DNA of 64,000 bases. It comes from Bacteroidia bacterium. GTDB taxonomy: Bacteria; Bacteroidota; Bacteroidia; M30B66. How positions within the stretch are numbered: the stretch's first letter is position 1; each line of letters opens with the position of its first letter. The DNA lies in NCBI GenBank assembly GCA_965279035.1, contig OZ257142.1:1248001-1312000 (forward strand), written 5' to 3'. A program made the translations under genes and the position numbers. Below, piece after piece: positions 9,674-20,795 of the stretch. The notes beneath the pieces are model-generated. The model did no database searches and had not been told where the DNA came from. It worked only from the letters and a program-made list of their open reading frames with translations.

Positions 9674-11137
9674 ATGGAACATCATTCAAAATTCGCGGAA
9701 GGCTTAACATACGACGACGTTCTTCTTATCCCAGATTATTCTGAAGTACTTCCCCGCGAAACTGACATTAGCACCCATTTTACACGTAAAATCCGACTCA
9801 ACGTTCCCATTGTTTCTGCGGCAATGGATACTGTTACCGAATCGGCTTTGGCTATTGCTATTGCTCAAGAAGGTGGAATTGGAGTTTTGCATAAAAACAT
9901 GAGCATAGCTCAGCAAGCTGCCGAGGTTAAAAAAGTGAAACGTTCCGAAAGCGGAATGATCATCGATCCCGTTGTGTTACATGAAAATGCCGTTGTTGCT
10001 GATGCGCTTCAACTCATGAAAGAAAATAAAATTGGCGGTATTCCTGTAGTTGACGACAATCGTAAACTGGTAGGTATTATCACCAATCGTGATCTTCGTT
10101 TCGAAAAGCGTTTTGATAAACCGGTGCGCGAAGTGATGACGAAGGAAAATCTAATCACTACAACACAAACAAATCTAGCTAAAGCAGAAATACTTCTTCA
10201 AGATTATAAAATAGAAAAGCTTCCTGTCGTTGATCAAGATTATAAACTCGTTGGGCTCATTACCTACAAAGACATCATCAAAAATCGCTTGCGTCCCAAT
10301 GCTTGCAAAGATGATTTTGGTCGATTACGTGTAGCTGCTGCAGTTGGCGTAACAGCCGACACTATTGAACGTGTTACTGCTTTGGTAAAAGCTGGAGCGG
10401 ATGCAGTTATCATTGATACTGCTCATGGACATTCCAAAGGTGTTATTGAAAAATTAAAGGAAGTAAAAGCAGCTTTTCCCGATCTTCAAGTGGTTGTAGG
10501 AAATATCGCTACTGCTTCGGCAGCTCGCATGCTAGTTGAAGCTGGTGCCGATGCAGTGAAAGTGGGAATTGGACCAGGTTCAATTTGTACAACACGTGTC
10601 ATTGCTGGAGTTGGTGTGCCTCAATTAACTGCTGTAATGGATGTGGCAAGAGAACTTCAAGGTTCGGGAGTTCCTGTGATAGCAGATGGAGGAATTCGTT
10701 TTTCGGGTGATATTGTAAAAGCCATAGCAGCTGGTGGTTCAACGATTATGGCAGGTTCGCTCTTTGCCGGTGTGGAAGAATCTCCGGGTGAAACAATCAT
10801 TTTTGAAGGAAGAAAATTCAAGTCATATCGTGGAATGGGTTCGATCGAAGCCATGCAAACAGGATCTAAAGACCGCTATTTTCAAGATGCCGAAGACGAT
10901 ATTAAAAAATTAGTTCCTGAAGGGATTGTTGGACAAGTTCCTTTTAAAGGCACACTGTCGGAAGTGCTTTATCAAATGATTGGTGGGCTTCGTGCCGGAA
11001 TGGGATATTGCGGAGCTCCTAATATTGAATCACTTCAAACGAAGAAATTAATTCGAATTACTGCTGCAGGAGTAAGAGAATCACATCCTCATGATGTAAA
11101 TATTACGCGTGAAGCTCCCAATTATTCTAGTAGATAG
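9674..11137 (+). CDS. guaB: IMP dehydrogenase
   Basis: [20 protein letters not shown] pair, [17 protein letters not shown]. Confidence 0.98.
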   Translation: MEHHSKFAEGLTYDDVLLIPDYSEVLPRETDISTHFTRKIRLNVPIVSAAMDTVTESALAIAIAQEGGIGVLHKNMSIAQQAAEVKKVKRSESGMIIDPVVLHENAVVADALQLMKENKIGGIPVVDDNRKLVGIITNRDLRFEKRFDKPVREVMTKENLITTTQTNLAKAEILLQDYKIEKLPVVDQDYKLVGLITYKDIIKNRLRPNACKDDFGRLRVAAAVGVTADTIERVTALVKAGADAVIIDTAHGHSKGVIEKLKEVKAAFPDLQVVVGNIATASAARMLVEAGADAVKVGIGPGSICTTRVIAGVGVPQLTAVMDVARELQGSGVPVIADGGIRFSGDIVKAIAAGGSTIMAGSLFAGVEESPGETIIFEGRKFKSYRGMGSIEAMQTGSKDRYFQDAEDDIKKLVPEGIVGQVPFKGTLSEVLYQMIGGLRAGMGYCGAPNIESLQTKKLIRITAAGVRESHPHDVNITREAPNYSSR

Positions 11138-11139
11138 TT

Positions 11140-12027
11140 TTAAAACTTAATCCCATTATTCAATAGGATTTTCATCAAAATGAGCGTCGATGCAAGAATG
11201 ATTAGAAATTTATTTTCAATCATACCACTTTCTGGTAATCGGTAAATCATAATCATTCTGTTTTTCATTGCATTGATAAATATCGAAACAACAATAACGA
11301 ACATGGTGAATACCAAGCCTAAGTTCAAAATAAATGATCCGTCAGAAAAATAGATAAGCGAAACTCCTGAACAAATCAAATAGGGCAGAAGGACGGTTTG
11401 AAAAAGATAGATTAATCTACTTTCATTTTTAAAAACATGTTGAGTGCTGTTTGTTATTTGAATGAAAGGCTTTGCCGCTATTGCTCCAATGAAAATCAAC
11501 ACAAGTGTTGCGATAATAGATGCAATTAGTTTTGCAAAATCTTCCCAATACATATAATCAGCTACAATGCCTAAATAACTGGCATTTATACCTTGAGACC
11601 CAGTATTCTTAATGGGCATTAATACAAGTTCGGTACAGAAGAAATTTAAATAATGAATTCCTAGCCATAACCAAAAAGTCTTTAAAATCCCTGGTCGTTT
11701 TCTATAAAGTTTTTGAATTAAGAGTGCTATTATTCCTGCAATAAGGCAGAATGTTGGACCCGAAATAAATGTTTTTAATACTGATTCAATAGTCCATAAA
11801 TCGTAATTCGACGTGAATTCAACTTTGAAGAAGAATAGTTTGTAAAACAAATGAAATCGTTTAGCAAAAAGAGCTGTTACAACGTTAAAACTAACGTACG
11901 AAATCGCAAAAGCAGCCATATAAGCAACTGCCGAATTAATAATTCGATTGTTACGCTCTTGTTCAATTGACCCTTCTCTGCCTGGAAGTTTCTCAGTAAA
12001 ATCAAGTACTCTGTCTTTTGAATCCAC
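11140..12027 (-). CDS. Hypothetical polytopic membrane protein
   Basis: About seven hydrophobic segments; GTG start with TATATTTG upstream (12050-12057, minus strand). Confidence 0.7.
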   Translation of the reverse strand: MDSKDRVLDFTEKLPGREGSIEQERNNRIINSAVAYMAAFAISYVSFNVVTALFAKRFHLFYKLFFFKVEFTSNYDLWTIESVLKTFISGPTFCLIAGIIALLIQKLYRKRPGILKTFWLWLGIHYLNFFCTELVLMPIKNTGSQGINASYLGIVADYMYWEDFAKLIASIIATLVLIFIGAIAAKPFIQITNSTQHVFKNESRLIYLFQTVLLPYLICSGVSLIYFSDGSFILNLGLVFTMFVIVVSIFINAMKNRMIMIYRLPESGMIENKFLIILASTLILMKILLNNGIKF

Positions 12028-12157
12028 GATTTTATAATCCCATTTCTTGCAAATATATCTTAAAATCTGAAGGTTTTTTAAATGAATACATTCTACAAAT
12101 GTATCCTTTGATATATCTGATCATTCAACTATTTTCGCACGCTCTATTTAATGTAAA

Positions 12158-14194
12158 ATGAAAATGCTGAGAAACAAGATTTTAATTGCTGCTTGTATAC
12201 TATCAAGCACTATTGCTTTCGGTCAAACTACTGTAAAGAAAAAGCTTCCTTCAACTGCTCCTAAAGAAACGGTTGCTCCTCCCGCAATTCCAGTTGTTGA
12301 AGATCCTGTATTGCTTATTGTTGGTGGAGATCCCGTAACTCGAGGTGAATTCGAAAGTATTTATCGTAAGAACAATTCGAAAGAAACTTCTACCGATAGA
12401 AAAGCCTTAGAAGAATATCTTCAACTGTTCATCAATTTTAAATTAAAAGTAAAAGCGGCTAAAGTTGCTGGAAAAGATACTGCTACTTCTTTTCAAAATG
12501 AATTGAAAGGTTATCGCCGTCAGCTTGCTACACCTTATCTCACCGATAAAAACGTAAACGATAAATTGATCCAAGAGGCCTATGATCGAATGAAAAAAGA
12601 CATTCGCGCAAGCCATATATTAATCTCTTTGCCTGCTGATCCTCTTCCAAAAGATACATTGGCTGCTTATAACAAAGCAATGGCGATTCGTGCACGAATT
12701 CTTAAAGGAGAAGATTTTGCAACACTTGCTGGTCAAAATTCTGAAGATCCTTCTGCAAAACAAAATGGTGGTGATCTTGGCTATTTTACTTCAATGATGA
12801 TGGTTTATCCATTTGAAACAACAGCTTATACAACTCCTGTTGGTGAAGTTTCAATGCCAGTTCGTACAAAATTCGGGTACCATATTTTAAAAGTAACCAG
12901 TGTCCGCGATGCTCAAGGACAAGTTCATATTGCACATATCATGGTAAAGAATCCCGAAAACGCAAAGGATTCAGTGATTGCTGCGAATAAAAAGAAAATT
13001 GATGAGATCTATGAAAAAATTAAAAAAGGAGAAGATTTTGGGCAATTAGCTTCTCAATTTTCTGACGATAGAACTTCAGGGAAAAATGGTGGTCAGCTAC
13101 CTTGGTTTGGAACTGGTAAAATGGTTCCAGAATTCGAAAAAGTGGCGTTTGATTTAAAAGCCGACAATGAAGTAAGTGAACCATTTCGTACTCAATATGG
13201 ATGGCACATTGCAAAACGTCTAGAACGAAAAGGCATTCAAACATTTGATGAAGTAAAAGGTGAATTAAAACAAAAAATCTCTAAAGATTCTCGTTCTCAA
13301 GTAAGCCGTGATGCAGTCATTCAACGTGTAAAAAAAGAAAGTGGTTTTACTGAAGATCCAAAAGCGCTCAATGAATTAATTCTCAAAGTAGATACTTCTT
13401 TATTAAGTGCTCATTGGAAAGCAGAAGTAACAAATGGAATGGTAAAACCATTATTTAAAATAGGAGCTGAATCCTATACTCAAAACGATTTTGCTCAGTT
13501 CTTAGCACAAAATCAAAGTCGTCAACCAAAAGAATCTGTGGTAGAAGCTTTAGTTCGTAAGTCGTATGATTACTATCGGAACGAAAAAATAATTGGGTAT
13601 GAAGATGCTCGTTTAGAACAGAAATATCCTGAATTTAGAATGTTGATGCAGGAATATCGTGATGGAATATTATTGTTCGAGATCACCGATGAAAATGTTT
13701 GGTCTAAAGCATTGAAAGACACAGTTGGATTGGAGAAATTCCATGAGCAAAACAAAGGCAAATACATGTGGCCTGAGCGTGTTGACGTTGTTGTTTATAA
13801 AGCAAAAGATGTAGCAACTGCTAAAGCTGCAAGGAAGCTCGTTGAGAAAAGAGCGAAAAAAGGGACTTCATTAGATGAGATACGTACTAAAATCAACAAA
13901 TCCTCACAATTAAATCTTCAAACTGAAACAGGTGTGTTTTCTAAAGGGGATAATGAAATCGTTGATGCCGTAAATTGGACTGTAGGAATATCTCCTGATA
14001 AGATTAATGCTGATGGTTCAGTGACTTTTGTAGAAATAATTAAACTTCTCGAACCAAGCCCTAAAACACTTCTTGAGGCGCGTGGATTAATCACTGCTGA
14101 TTATCAAACATTCTTAGAACAAGAATGGATAAAAGAATTAAAGAGTAAGTACAATGTCGAAGTAAAACGCGATGTTTTTGATACGATAAAATAA
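12158..14194 (+). CDS. Exported parvulin-type peptidylprolyl isomerase (two rotamase domains)
   Basis: Signal peptide; ASHIL, SEDP..GGDLG, FGYHI; second AHIM..GGQLPWF..YGWHI. Confidence 0.9.
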   Translation: MKMLRNKILIAACILSSTIAFGQTTVKKKLPSTAPKETVAPPAIPVVEDPVLLIVGGDPVTRGEFESIYRKNNSKETSTDRKALEEYLQLFINFKLKVKAAKVAGKDTATSFQNELKGYRRQLATPYLTDKNVNDKLIQEAYDRMKKDIRASHILISLPADPLPKDTLAAYNKAMAIRARILKGEDFATLAGQNSEDPSAKQNGGDLGYFTSMMMVYPFETTAYTTPVGEVSMPVRTKFGYHILKVTSVRDAQGQVHIAHIMVKNPENAKDSVIAANKKKIDEIYEKIKKGEDFGQLASQFSDDRTSGKNGGQLPWFGTGKMVPEFEKVAFDLKADNEVSEPFRTQYGWHIAKRLERKGIQTFDEVKGELKQKISKDSRSQVSRDAVIQRVKKESGFTEDPKALNELILKVDTSLLSAHWKAEVTNGMVKPLFKIGAESYTQNDFAQFLAQNQSRQPKESVVEALVRKSYDYYRNEKIIGYEDARLEQKYPEFRMLMQEYRDGILLFEITDENVWSKALKDTVGLEKFHEQNKGKYMWPERVDVVVYKAKDVATAKAARKLVEKRAKKGTSLDEIRTKINKSSQLNLQTETGVFSKGDNEIVDAVNWTVGISPDKINADGSVTFVEIIKLLEPSPKTLLEARGLITADYQTFLEQEWIKELKSKYNVEVKRDVFDTIK

Positions 14195-14210
14195 ATTGAA
14201 TAAAATTCAG

Positions 14211-14257
14211 CGGCCCGTTTTGGTTAATAACGTACCGGAACGGGCCGTTTGGTTTTT
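14211..14257 (+). terminator. GC-rich hairpin, terminator or attenuator-like
   Basis: CGGCCCGTTTTGGT / ACCGGAACGGGCCG stem with G:U pairs, then TTTGGTTTTT. Confidence 0.6.
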
Positions 14258-14285
14258 AAACATTCTTTTTTTCAATTGCAATCCA

Positions 14286-15146
14286 GTGATTAGCATTTTT
14301 AAACATTTCATTTATTTAATTTTTCTATTTCCAATTCTATCCTGTGGGGACGGGACTGGTGAAAAGGAAATAATTGCACGTGTTTATGATAAAGAATTAT
14401 CAAAGACTGAATTAGCTCAATCATTACCTTATGGACTGTCGAAGCAAGATAGTGCCGCATTTGCTAATGATTTCATTGATCAATGGATAAAGAAAAATGT
14501 AGTACTTCGAAGAGCTGAAAGCAACTTAACTGAGAGTCAAAAAGATGTAAAACAGCAACTAGAAGATTACAGATCTTCTTTAATAATATTTGCCTATGAA
14601 CGCGAGCTTATTCGACAGAAATTAGACACTGTTGTTTCAAATGCTGAAATCGAAAATTACTATAAAGAAAATGCAGCAAATTTTGAGCTTAGAAGTAACA
14701 TTATTCGGTTAAGATATCTCAAGCTGCCAATTAAAACTCCCAATGCGGATAAGGCCAAAAAATGGTTTTTATCTTCGAATCAAGTCGACAAAAATAAATT
14801 GGAGCAATTTGCAAAACTATATGCCGTTAATTTTCTGCTCGATGATAGCAATTGGTTATTGTTGGATGATGTGATAAAGGAAATTCCAATGAATACCTAT
14901 TCAATGAATGACTTTAATGCGAATAAGCGACTTTTAGAACTCGATGATAAAGAATACCATTACCTTGTAGCCATTACTGGATTTATGGTAAAAGACAGCA
15001 ATGCTCCTTTGAGTTTTGAAAGAGAAAATATCCGGAATATTATTCTGAACAAGCGTAAAATTGTGCTGATTGAACAAATGCAACAAGACGCTTACAATGA
15101 TGCAATGAATGAAAAAAATATTGAACGACCTGGTTCAGGTAAATAA
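14286..15146 (+). CDS. Lipoprotein of the PPIase/SurA cluster
   Basis: Lipobox ILSC, IIARVYDKEL; start moved to GTG 14286 because the longer 5' extension spans the hairpin. Confidence 0.75.
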   Translation: MISIFKHFIYLIFLFPILSCGDGTGEKEIIARVYDKELSKTELAQSLPYGLSKQDSAAFANDFIDQWIKKNVVLRRAESNLTESQKDVKQQLEDYRSSLIIFAYERELIRQKLDTVVSNAEIENYYKENAANFELRSNIIRLRYLKLPIKTPNADKAKKWFLSSNQVDKNKLEQFAKLYAVNFLLDDSNWLLLDDVIKEIPMNTYSMNDFNANKRLLELDDKEYHYLVAITGFMVKDSNAPLSFERENIRNIILNKRKIVLIEQMQQDAYNDAMNEKNIERPGSGK

Positions 15147-16476
15147 GCTTTTAGGAACGATTTCACTTTTGTTTGTTGTTTTCGGGTTGTCAGCTCAACC
15201 TGTAAGCATCGATAAAATTGTTGCTGTAGTTGGAGATAAAGCCATTTTATTTTCAGATGTAGAAGCACAAGCAATGCAAGCAGAACAACAAGCAGGCACT
15301 AAAAATCCTGATTTACGTTGCAATGTTTTAGAAGATATGATTATTCAGAAACTCCTTTTAAATCAAGCAGAAAAGGATAGTGTAGTTGTTTCTGATGCAC
15401 AAGTTGATGGAGAGTTAAACAAGAAAATACGCTATTTCATTGGTCAAATAGGTTCAGTCGAAAAACTCGAAGCTTATCTCGGAAAATCAATTGTTCAGAT
15501 TAAAGATGATTTCAGAGAGCGTATACGGGATCAACTCATAGTTCAGCAAATGCAAGGTAAAATTGCGGGCGATGTTAAGGTTTCACCTGCCGAAGTGAAA
15601 GCATATTATGAGTCAATTCCTAAAGACAGCATTCCTTTTATTGAGAGTGAAATTCAAGTAGCACAAATCCTTAAAAAACCTCCAGTAAATCAATCGGAGC
15701 GTGAACGTGTGCGCAAAGAACTTCAAGATATTCGCCAGAAAATTCTTGATGGACGATCCTTCGCTTCAATGGCTGCTTTTTATTCCGAAGATGTTGTTTC
15801 AGCTGCTAAAGGTGGTGAATTGGGATTTATGAATCGTGGTGATTTAGTTCCCGAATTCGAAGCTGTTGCATTTTCTCTTAAAGGAAAAGAGATATCAGAG
15901 ATTGTTGAATCCAGTTTCGGTTTTCACATCATTCAATTAATCGAAAGAAGAGGGGAGACCATAAACGTACGTCACATTCTTATCTCTCCTAAAGCATCTT
16001 CATCCGATTTAGATTTAGCGCGTGTAAAATTGGATAGCATCTCCCAAGCCATCCGTTTAGGTAGAATTACTTTTGAAGAAGCAGCTTTGAAATATTCAGA
16101 TGATTCCGATACAAAAAACAATGGTGGAATATTGATAAATCCGAATTCAGGATCCACTTGGTTTGAAGTTTCACAAATGGATCAAAGCCTGTTTTTTGTC
16201 ATCGATAAAATGAAAATAGGAGAGCTATCTGATCCTGTTCCAGTTCGTGTTGGAGAGAAAAAAGAATCATATCGAATTGTTACAATGAAAGCTAGAACAG
16301 AGCCTCATCGAGCGAATCTAAAGGATGATTATCAAAAAATAATGCAAGCTGCCGAAGCAGAAAAAAAACAAAAACTTGTTAGTGAATGGATACAGCGTAA
16401 ACGCCAGTCTTTTTTTATCAAAATTGATCAGGAGTTCGTAAACTGTCCATTTCAAAATTCATGGAATAATCAATAA
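15109..16476 (+). CDS. surA: SurA-like periplasmic chaperone / PPIase
   Basis: IDKIVAVVG N-domain, KGGELG, FGFHIIQL, VRHIL; exact start uncertain. Confidence 0.85.
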   Translation: MKKILNDLVQVNKLLGTISLLFVVFGLSAQPVSIDKIVAVVGDKAILFSDVEAQAMQAEQQAGTKNPDLRCNVLEDMIIQKLLLNQAEKDSVVVSDAQVDGELNKKIRYFIGQIGSVEKLEAYLGKSIVQIKDDFRERIRDQLIVQQMQGKIAGDVKVSPAEVKAYYESIPKDSIPFIESEIQVAQILKKPPVNQSERERVRKELQDIRQKILDGRSFASMAAFYSEDVVSAAKGGELGFMNRGDLVPEFEAVAFSLKGKEISEIVESSFGFHIIQLIERRGETINVRHILISPKASSSDLDLARVKLDSISQAIRLGRITFEEAALKYSDDSDTKNNGGILINPNSGSTWFEVSQMDQSLFFVIDKMKIGELSDPVPVRVGEKKESYRIVTMKARTEPHRANLKDDYQKIMQAAEAEKKQKLVSEWIQRKRQSFFIKIDQEFVNCPFQNSWNNQ

Positions 16477-16490
16477 TTCAGTTGAGAAAT

Positions 16491-17459
16491 ATGCAAACGT
16501 TTAAATCCGATGTTGAAGCGATTGATAGCCTCCGAGATGCATATTTGCGCCTTGATGCGGAAATAGGAAAAGTTGTTATTGGTCAAGAAGATGTTGTTAA
16601 AGATGTAATCATTTCAATTTTTAGCCGAGGACATTGCCTATTAGTTGGTGTTCCTGGATTAGCTAAAACACTTCTTGTTACAACTATTTCAAGAGTTCTT
16701 GGCTTGGATTACAATCGTATTCAGTTTACTCCCGATTTGATGCCCTCCGACATTGTTGGTACTGAAATTTTAGATGAGGATCGTCATTTCCGTTTCATTA
16801 AAGGCCCCTTGTTCGCCAATATTATTTTAGCTGATGAGATCAATAGAACTCCACCTAAAACCCAAGCGGCTTTACTCGAAGCAATGCAGGAAAAAGCAAT
16901 TACTGCTGCAGGGAAACGATATGAATTAGGACAACCCTTTTTCGTTTTAGCAACACAAAATCCAATTGAACAAGAAGGAACATATCCATTACCTGAAGCA
17001 CAATTAGACAGATTCATGTTCAATATTTGGGTGGATTATCCTAAATATGAAGATGAGTTACTCGTTGTAAAAAGCACAACTTCCGATAATAAAATAGAAT
17101 TGAAGTCAATTCTATCAGCCGAAGAAATTTTATTCTATCAAGACTTAGTTCGTCGTGTCCCAGTTACAGATAAAGTATTGGAATACGCTGTAAAATTGGC
17201 AGTTAAAACCCGTCCAAATTCTGAACATGCTCCTGATATTGTGAAGAAATACCTTGCTTGGGGAGCTGGTCCACGTGCATCTCAATTTCTTGTTTTAGGT
17301 GCAAAATGTCATGCAGCTATTCGTGGTCGTTATTCGCCCGATATTGAAGATGTTAATGCAGTTGCTACTGCAATACTTCGCCATAGAATAATTCGGAATT
17401 ACAAGGCGGAAGCTGAAGGTCTCAGTGTTGAATCGATAATCAAACAGATAATGAATTAA
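16491..17459 (+). CDS. MoxR family AAA+ ATPase
   Basis: GVPGLAKT, RIQFTPDLMPSD, DEINRTPPKTQAALLEAM, ATQNPIEQEGTYPLPEAQLDRF. Confidence 0.95.
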   Translation: MQTFKSDVEAIDSLRDAYLRLDAEIGKVVIGQEDVVKDVIISIFSRGHCLLVGVPGLAKTLLVTTISRVLGLDYNRIQFTPDLMPSDIVGTEILDEDRHFRFIKGPLFANIILADEINRTPPKTQAALLEAMQEKAITAAGKRYELGQPFFVLATQNPIEQEGTYPLPEAQLDRFMFNIWVDYPKYEDELLVVKSTTSDNKIELKSILSAEEILFYQDLVRRVPVTDKVLEYAVKLAVKTRPNSEHAPDIVKKYLAWGAGPRASQFLVLGAKCHAAIRGRYSPDIEDVNAVATAILRHRIIRNYKAEAEGLSVESIIKQIMN

Positions 17460-17461
17460 TT

Positions 17462-17491
17462 AAAAAAGCCGGATACTAACTCCGGCTTTTT
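17462..17491. terminator. Bidirectional intrinsic terminator
   Basis: AAAAAAGCCGGA / TCCGGCTTTTT between convergent genes. Confidence 0.88.
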
Positions 17492-17537
17492 CATTTCAAC
17501 TTAATCCTTTGATAGGATTTTTAAGAATTATAGATTC

Positions 17538-19004
17538 TCAATAATAGGTCAATCGAATAACATCAGCAATGTGTTTTGCATAACGTATTACCTGACGTGT
17601 GTAGCCATATTCGTTATCGTACCAAACATACAATACAATGTTGCGTTTATCATTAGCTACGATAGTTGCAGGGCTATCTACAATGGATGCACATGGATTC
17701 CCAATCAAATCGCTTGATACCAATTCATTCGAAATCGAATATTGAATTTGTTCTACTAGATCTCCTTTTAAAGCAGCATTTCTTAAAACGCTGTTTACAT
17801 CATCTTTACTTGTATCAGTTTCAACTGTGAGTTTTAAAATCGCTAATGAAACATCGGGTGTTGGTACTCTCACAGAATTGGAAGTCAATTTACCTGCTAA
17901 TTCTGGAATTACCTTCGTTACAGCACTTCCTGCACCTGTTTCTGTAATAACCATATTCAATGCAGCAGAACGACCTCTACGGTATTTCTTATGGAAATTA
18001 TCCAATAAATTCTGATCGTTTGTATAAGAGTGAATAGTTTCGATATGACCAGTTGAAATTCCTAGATTTTTCTGAATCACTTTTAGAATTGGAACAATCG
18101 CATTGGTCGTACATGAAGCAGCTGAAAATATAGTTTCAGTTGTATGGTCGCATGATGCATGATTTACCCCATGAACAATATTAGGAATATCTCCTTTTCC
18201 TGGAGCAGTTAACAATACTTTACCAATCCCTTTCGCTTTTAAATGCTCGCTTAATCCTTCACGATCACGAGATGATCCTGTGTTGTCGATTAACAATGCA
18301 TCATGAATCCCAAATGAACTATAATCAATTTCTGCTGGATTACTTCCTGCAATCATTTTGACTGTATGTCCATTTATGATTAGTGCTTTATTTTCAAAAT
18401 CTTCGATCACAGTTCCTGGAAATGGACCATGCACTGAATCTGTTCTTAATAAAGCAGCTCTTTTACTAATATCTTCATTCGAATTGCTTCGTGTAACAAT
18501 AGCTCTTAATCGTAGTTGTTCACCTTTTCCAGCTTGTATAATTAACTCTCTTGCTGCAATTCTACCAATTCTACCAAAACCATATAAAACGATGTCTTTG
18601 GGTTTTAAAACGCGTTTGTCTTTACCTAAAAAAGAACTTAATTTATCTGAAATAAAAACAGAAGCAGATTCATAAGCTGCTTTTTCATTTAGCCATTCTG
18701 TTGCTAATCGTCCAATATCTAATCTTGCAGGTGCAATTTCAGCTGAAAGAATTTCTTTCGCTAGCAATAATGTATCTTGAATAGTAATCGGTTTTCCAAC
18801 CATATTCAACGCATAATTATGCAATTGAAGAATCTCACTCGCACTTCTATCAACTAATTGATTCCGAAAAATTACTAATTCAATACTGCGATCAAACCAT
18901 AATTCTCCAATAATATGGATGAGTTCAATTGCTGCTTTTTCATCCCTGATCCACTCATTCAGTTCGGTTTCATAGGCTGTAGCAGAACCATTTTCCTTTG
19001 ACAT
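17538..19004 (-). CDS. gap: Glyceraldehyde-3-phosphate dehydrogenase, long form with N-terminal extension
   Basis: GFGRIGR, AASCTTNA, RVPT, WYDNEYGY; ~135 aa N-terminal extension. Confidence 0.93.
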   Translation of the reverse strand: MSKENGSATAYETELNEWIRDEKAAIELIHIIGELWFDRSIELVIFRNQLVDRSASEILQLHNYALNMVGKPITIQDTLLLAKEILSAEIAPARLDIGRLATEWLNEKAAYESASVFISDKLSSFLGKDKRVLKPKDIVLYGFGRIGRIAARELIIQAGKGEQLRLRAIVTRSNSNEDISKRAALLRTDSVHGPFPGTVIEDFENKALIINGHTVKMIAGSNPAEIDYSSFGIHDALLIDNTGSSRDREGLSEHLKAKGIGKVLLTAPGKGDIPNIVHGVNHASCDHTTETIFSAASCTTNAIVPILKVIQKNLGISTGHIETIHSYTNDQNLLDNFHKKYRRGRSAALNMVITETGAGSAVTKVIPELAGKLTSNSVRVPTPDVSLAILKLTVETDTSKDDVNSVLRNAALKGDLVEQIQYSISNELVSSDLIGNPCASIVDSPATIVANDKRNIVLYVWYDNEYGYTRQVIRYAKHIADVIRLTYY

Positions 19005-19094
19005 AGTGTTATTGTTTGAGATTTGCGACGCGAAATTATGAATTTCTACATCCTAATCACGAAAGAGTTCATCCTTTTATCAAATACCAAATAC

Positions 19095-19131
19095 AAAAAA
19101 AGCCCGTCTTTTATTATAAAGACGGGCTTTT
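19095..19131 (-). terminator. Intrinsic terminator downstream of degP-like gene
   Basis: AAAAAAAGCCCGTCTTT / AAAGACGGGCTTTT. Confidence 0.88.
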
Positions 19132-19147
19132 CTATTCGCAGATATTT

Positions 19148-20590
19148 TTAAATACCCAAACCGTAATATGCTCTTGCCCCATTTGGATATAATCCTTCAA
19201 TTAGGAGGCCTTTTCTTTCGGATTTTAAAGCTTCAGTCAGGTCTTCAATCGAGTTTACAGCCTTTTCACCAATGTTGGTTATAATAAAACCTTCTCGAAT
19301 GCCGATGTTTCTTAATCTTCCTTCTCGGATATTTTGGACTCGAAGTCCATTTTGGATTTTCAGAGCACTTTTCTCATTTGAATTAATTGGAGTGAATTCA
19401 GCACCTAATTCTTCTTTTATCGACTCAGTATACCGTACTAGACGAGTATCTCCATTTTTATTTTTAAGCACAACTGAAATCTCTTTTTCACTTCCGCCTC
19501 TGTTAATGGTTAATTGAACCTTGTCTCCTGGTCTGTATCGACCTATTTGTTCTTGTAATTCAGGAACATTATTAACAGTCACATCTTGAATCTTCAAAAT
19601 AATATCTCCTTCTTTTACACCACTTTCTTCGGCGGCTCCACCTGCATTTAAACCTGAAACATACACACCTTTTAATTCAGAAATATCTTTTCTTTTACCT
19701 AAATCGGCGTTCAAGTCTTCTAAGACTACGCCTATAAATGCTCTTTGTACTTCTCCAAATTCCAAAAGATCAGCAACAACCTTTCGAACAATATTGACTG
19801 GAACTGCGAAAGAATATCCTGAATAAGATCCTGTATTAGAAGCAATAGCTGAATTTATTCCGATAAGCTCCCCATTGGCGTTTACTAATGCTCCTCCGCT
19901 ATTTCCTGGATTCACTGCGGCATCTGTTTGAATAAAGGATTCTATCGCAAATTTCTCATTTAAAATATTGATGTTTCGTCCTTTAGCACTGATGATTCCG
20001 GCTGTTACTGTAGATGTTAAACTAAAGGGATTTCCAACGGCAAGAGCCCATTCACCTACTTTTACTTGATCAGAATTTCCGTAATAAATGAATGGGAGAT
20101 TTTTAGCATCTACTTTCAACAAAGCTAAATCGGTGCTTGGATCTCGCCCAATAACTTCTGCATTATATTCACGTTTGTCATTTAAAACGATTTCAACTTT
20201 ATCTGCATTTTGAATCACATGGTTATTTGTTACGATATAACCATCTTCCGATATAATAACACCTGAACCAGATGCCATCGCTTTTTGAGCTGGTGCATCC
20301 CGGTAAGGGTTTCCAAAAAAGAAATCATAAAAAGGATCATAGCTAGCAGCTCTTCTATTATTTGTGACTGTTTTTACATGGACAACTCCATGTACTGATT
20401 GTTCTGCAGCTTGAGTTAAATCTGGGGCATTTGATAAATTGCTTCCATGAACGGATGTTTGTTGTACCGGTAAACGTTCACTTGTCAATCTTTCAAATCC
20501 ATCTGGTGATGAATAGAAAAAGTGACTGAAGCTCAATGCTGCTAAGCCCCCCACACAAGCAATTCCGAGGGTTGAAAGAAACTTTTTCAT
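19148..20590 (-). CDS. degP: HtrA/DegP (Do) serine endopeptidase with two PDZ domains
   Basis: GSGVI, VTNNHV, TDLALLK, QTDAAVNPGNSGG. Confidence 0.93.
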   Translation of the reverse strand: MKKFLSTLGIACVGGLAALSFSHFFYSSPDGFERLTSERLPVQQTSVHGSNLSNAPDLTQAAEQSVHGVVHVKTVTNNRRAASYDPFYDFFFGNPYRDAPAQKAMASGSGVIISEDGYIVTNNHVIQNADKVEIVLNDKREYNAEVIGRDPSTDLALLKVDAKNLPFIYYGNSDQVKVGEWALAVGNPFSLTSTVTAGIISAKGRNINILNEKFAIESFIQTDAAVNPGNSGGALVNANGELIGINSAIASNTGSYSGYSFAVPVNIVRKVVADLLEFGEVQRAFIGVVLEDLNADLGKRKDISELKGVYVSGLNAGGAAEESGVKEGDIILKIQDVTVNNVPELQEQIGRYRPGDKVQLTINRGGSEKEISVVLKNKNGDTRLVRYTESIKEELGAEFTPINSNEKSALKIQNGLRVQNIREGRLRNIGIREGFIITNIGEKAVNSIEDLTEALKSERKGLLIEGLYPNGARAYYGLGI

Positions 20591-20795
20591 AGTAAAATTT
20601 TAGTGTTTTTTAAAATTCGCCCTCAAAAATAATGCCTTCAGATAAGTAAAACAACAATGAACATTTTGCTGTTTATCATTCATTTTGAAAGCAATTCGTT
20701 TAAGGTCTGTTTTCATTTAGGTTTGCACATGAACGGTTGAAACGAAATTCTGTTGTTTCTATTTCTAGTTTTAACCTTTATTTTGAATTGATTGA

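Noticed and set aside
12158-17459. Triple PPIase plus MoxR cluster as a new system
   Set aside because: A familiar Bacteroidota housekeeping arrangement
17538-19004. GAPDH N-terminal extension as a novel fusion
   Set aside because: Long-form GAPDH of ~480 aa is a known widespread subfamily
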